A DNA stretch of 64,000 nucleotides, taken from Oxalobacteraceae bacterium. GTDB lineage: Bacteria; Pseudomonadota; Gammaproteobacteria; Burkholderiales; Burkholderiaceae_D. Below, piece after piece: positions 61,345 to 64,000 of the stretch (positions are counted from its first letter, which is position 1; each line of letters starts with the position of its first letter). The stretch is taken from the NCBI GenBank assembly GCA_947466695.1, contig CANIFC010000001.1, positions 12,747 through 76,746 on the forward strand, written 5' to 3'. Position numbers and translations under genes: made by a program. The notes under the pieces were generated by a model. The model was given only the letters and a program-made list of their open reading frames with translations, made no database searches and was not told the DNA's origin.

Positions 61345-61989
61345 ATGCCCCTGCTACGTTCCTTTGCCCGCTCGCTCCGCCGCCTTTACCGTACGTTGCC
61401 GCTGTTGACACTACTGGCCGCAAGCTTCTTTTTACCCGCGCAGGCAGTCAACGCCATTGACCAGACCTTTCCGGTCCGGCTGAGCCGTGATGAACATCTG
61501 CTGCTGGAACAGGTAGTGTGTGGACAAAAATATGGTGTAGCCGCGGCCGATATTGATGCACGCGCTTTTGATGCGAAGGCAGGCAAGGCGAATTACGCCG
61601 ATGTCCGCTGCCGTCCGCATGCGCGCCTCAGGGATCAGCCGCTGTACTACGTGGCACAATGCGCGCGCGCTGATAATCAATGGAGTTGCGGTCAGGCAGA
61701 ACTGGAAACAATCGTCGCCCTGAAAGAGCGTAAACTGCGCATTCGTCCGGGCACAGTAGAGCCCGCAGTGGCCTATGACGCGATCAGTAAAGTGAGTACC
61801 TATGGCTATTTTCAAGGCAATTCTATTGACGCAGCGCTGCAATCGACTTGCAATATGGGTATGGGCAAGACGGCCGACCTGATCGAGATTTCCTGCCAGC
61901 GCTGGTCGGTGACGGTGTCGTTCTGGTGCCCGGCAAGCCCGCAGAACAGCGCTTGCCCGCGGGTGATTTACATGGCTGAGCGGCAGTAA
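61345..61989 (+). CDS. Hypothetical secreted Cys-rich protein
   Basis: Signal peptide ending AQA; eight Cys in the mature part. Confidence 0.65.
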   Translation: MPLLRSFARSLRRLYRTLPLLTLLAASFFLPAQAVNAIDQTFPVRLSRDEHLLLEQVVCGQKYGVAAADIDARAFDAKAGKANYADVRCRPHARLRDQPLYYVAQCARADNQWSCGQAELETIVALKERKLRIRPGTVEPAVAYDAISKVSTYGYFQGNSIDAALQSTCNMGMGKTADLIEISCQRWSVTVSFWCPASPQNSACPRVIYMAERQ

Positions 61990-62071
61990 GCGCTATTCAT
62001 CGGCGCTATTCATCAGCGCGATCAGGGCAGATGTTGTTACCCGGCTCGCTCACTGATATACAGTTTTTTCG

Positions 62072-62932
62072 CTACGGTTTCCAGCCGCGCTCAAGCGCAC
62101 GCCGCTCTTCGGCGGCATCCATCGCCTTGCCTGCGAGTCGCTGGTCAATCGCGTCCAGTACGACAGGTGGAATGGCCGTTGACGCTTGCCGGTAGCCGTT
62201 TGTCTGCGCGGCTGGCGTGTTATCAACCATGAGCGGAATCTTCCATTGCGCTGCGTCGCGACAGGCCAGGCCCGCCGCGCCATCGAGCGCAAAGCTACGG
62301 CAATAAGCGCCGTCTTGCGCCACAAAACTCACACCGATACGAATACCGGAATCACTCACCGGCGCGCTGGCAAGCTGCTGCGACAAGGCCGTCGCCAGTG
62401 CGCCCTGCGCGGTCAGTGCACCGCCGGCTGAGACGACTAAGGCCGTTGAGCTTGTTGTGATTGCCGTGGTGCCAGAAGGCGCAAAAATACCGTAGCGGCC
62501 AAGCATGACGCCCACCACCAGCGTCGCCGCCAGTGAGCCCCATCGCTGTAATGACCAGCGGTTGACTCTGTCTGCCTTTTTTTTATCCGCCTCTTGCCTG
62601 GCCTGGCGCGCAGCCTTCAGCTGATCAATCGGGTCGCTGTACGGCTCAGTGTTTACGTTAGCGCTACCGTTGGCCTTGGCGTTGGCTTTCGGGCTGGCGT
62701 CATTGGTGGCGGTCGCCGGTGACGCTTGCAGCAGGCCAGTCAGGCGCGCCGGCAGCACTTCGTCCAGCACCGGTGCAAAGGCGCCAAAGACCATCAGCCC
62801 CAGCGCCTGCTGCTGCGCAACTTTCGCTGCCAGCACCGGGTCGCTCAGCATGGCGAGTTCGAGAGCGCTACTGCTGGCGGCATCGAGCTGGCCGTCGGCG
62901 TAGGCCATGATTGTTTCGTCGGAAATAGTCAT
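62072..62932 (-). CDS. Transmembrane anti-sigma factor
   Basis: DETIMAYADGQLD N-terminus, one TM, SF...DGAYCRSF...LACR periplasmic motif. Coupled to the ECF sigma gene. Confidence 0.85.
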   Translation of the reverse strand: MTISDETIMAYADGQLDAASSSALELAMLSDPVLAAKVAQQQALGLMVFGAFAPVLDEVLPARLTGLLQASPATATNDASPKANAKANGSANVNTEPYSDPIDQLKAARQARQEADKKKADRVNRWSLQRWGSLAATLVVGVMLGRYGIFAPSGTTAITTSSTALVVSAGGALTAQGALATALSQQLASAPVSDSGIRIGVSFVAQDGAYCRSFALDGAAGLACRDAAQWKIPLMVDNTPAAQTNGYRQASTAIPPVVLDAIDQRLAGKAMDAAEERRALERGWKP

Positions 62933-63471
62933 GCGGTTCTCACTTGATCGGTCAATAATCCTTGCAGCGCTTCGCGTGCACGCGCCAGCCGGCTGGTCAG
63001 GGTCCCCATGGGAATTTCCAGCACCTCGGCCGCCTCTTTATACGGCAGACCGTCGACCAGCACCAGCGCAATGGCGATACGGTGGTCTTCGCTTAACAGG
63101 CTCATCGCCTTTTCGATCGCCAGACGCTGCTGGTGCGCTTCGGCAAACTGGTCACCGACATGCTCACCGGCTTCTTCGGGCGCAAACAGCTGGTCGCGGC
63201 GGCTGCGAAACCGGATTTCATCGATCCAGGCATTCTTCATGATGCGAAAAATCCAGCTGTCGAGCCGCGTTCCGGGCTGCCACTGCGCACTGCGCACCAG
63301 CGCCCGTTCGACGGCAAGCTGGACAAGATCATCCGCGTCTTCATGATGGCGCGTAACGGCGCGGGCGAAGCGGCGCAAACGCGGTAACAGCGCCGCAATG
63401 TCGCGATGCAGCGCTGTTGCGGACACGGGTAAAACAGGTGGTGGCGTTGCATCATGTGGCGTATCGGTCAT
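62929..63471 (-). CDS. ECF RNA polymerase sigma factor
   Basis: LPRLRRFARAVT...DADDLVQ, WIFRIMKNAWID, YKEAAEVLEIPMGTLTSRLARAR. Confidence 0.95.
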   Translation of the reverse strand: MTDTPHDATPPPVLPVSATALHRDIAALLPRLRRFARAVTRHHEDADDLVQLAVERALVRSAQWQPGTRLDSWIFRIMKNAWIDEIRFRSRRDQLFAPEEAGEHVGDQFAEAHQQRLAIEKAMSLLSEDHRIAIALVLVDGLPYKEAAEVLEIPMGTLTSRLARAREALQGLLTDQVRTA

Positions 63472-63735
63472 AGTGATGGTGATGGTGATAGATAAGTAAA
63501 CGCTGCAGCAAGGGATTTTAATCCATGGTTGGTTCGTTAAATAAGTAACGGACCCGAATTTGGTGCTTAATTGGCGGCTAGTTGGCGACTAGTTGGCGGC
63601 TCATTGGCTGCTCATTGGTGATCAACTGGCCCATTGGCATCGGCACCGGTTTCGCCCGGCATGAAAACCGGCCAGCCTGAAGTCAGTGCAAAAGCCATTT
63701 TGACGTTCATTTTCTTACTATACTATCATCTGACC

Positions 63736-64000
63736 ATGCGACAACACTTACTCAGTAGCAAACTCTCTCTTGCCTCTTTCATTTTGGCGGTGACGCTCAT
63801 GTCTGGCCTCACCGATGCCAGCGCGCAACTCCGGCTGCCTGGTGGAGTCGGTGGCATAGGCGGCTCTGGCCTGCCCGGCATGCCACAATTAAATTCGCTC
63901 GATACGTCTTCGCTACGCGCGCCATCAAGTCGCCTGCTCGCCGGGCTTGATGTCGACGATCTGGCGACGCTGCCCAAAATACGTCTCAAGAACGTCACGG
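63736..64000 (+). CDS. Exported protein, truncated by window end (possibly the protease often paired with this ECF group)
   Basis: MRQHLLSSKLSLASFILAVTLMSGLTDASAQLRLPGG..., open to the window edge; divergent from the ECF sigma gene. Confidence 0.55.
   Translation, partial: MRQHLLSSKLSLASFILAVTLMSGLTDASAQLRLPGGVGGIGGSGLPGMPQLNSLDTSSLRAPSSRLLAGLDVDDLATLPKIRLKNVT

Noticed and set aside
1-64000. tRNA, rRNA, CRISPR array, integrase or prophage
   Set aside because: None was recognised by eye. Small ncRNAs cannot be excluded without covariance-model searches.

Overview
A mostly GC-rich window, probably from a betaproteobacterium (Burkholderiales/Oxalobacteraceae-like by gene content; this is an inference). 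The left ~19 kb is one minus-strand gene run: lytic transglycosylase, a ~2090-aa secreted multidomain protein, three paralogous two-domain cupredoxin (multicopper oxidase-type) proteins, a lipoprotein, an S8 peptidase with Ig-like domains, a monoheme cytochrome c/periplasmic-binding-fold fusion and an SCO copper chaperone. It converges on a NarL/LuxR response regulator. The best candidate for an undescribed system is the cupredoxin trio. The copper ligands are split complementarily between the paralogues, so no single chain holds a complete site, which suggests an obligate heteromeric, surface-tethered multicopper oxidase. The middle holds housekeeping and accessory genes (quinone oxidoreductase, Sui1, enoyl-CoA hydratase, MCP, PEP-CTERM protein, DTW protein, isocitrate lyase, M43 protease-lectin fusion, cusCBA, DUF6351-like hydrolase, SSADH, aldo-keto reductase). 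The right side has an AT-rich McrBC island preceded by a controller-type HTH gene with a PvuII-like C-box, then a ZIP transporter, a HipAB-like toxin-antitoxin pair and an ECF sigma/anti-sigma pair. Many intergenic regions hold decayed IS and gene relics and short tandem duplications. No rRNA, tRNA or CRISPR array was seen. All family assignments come from motif recognition by eye, not from database searches.
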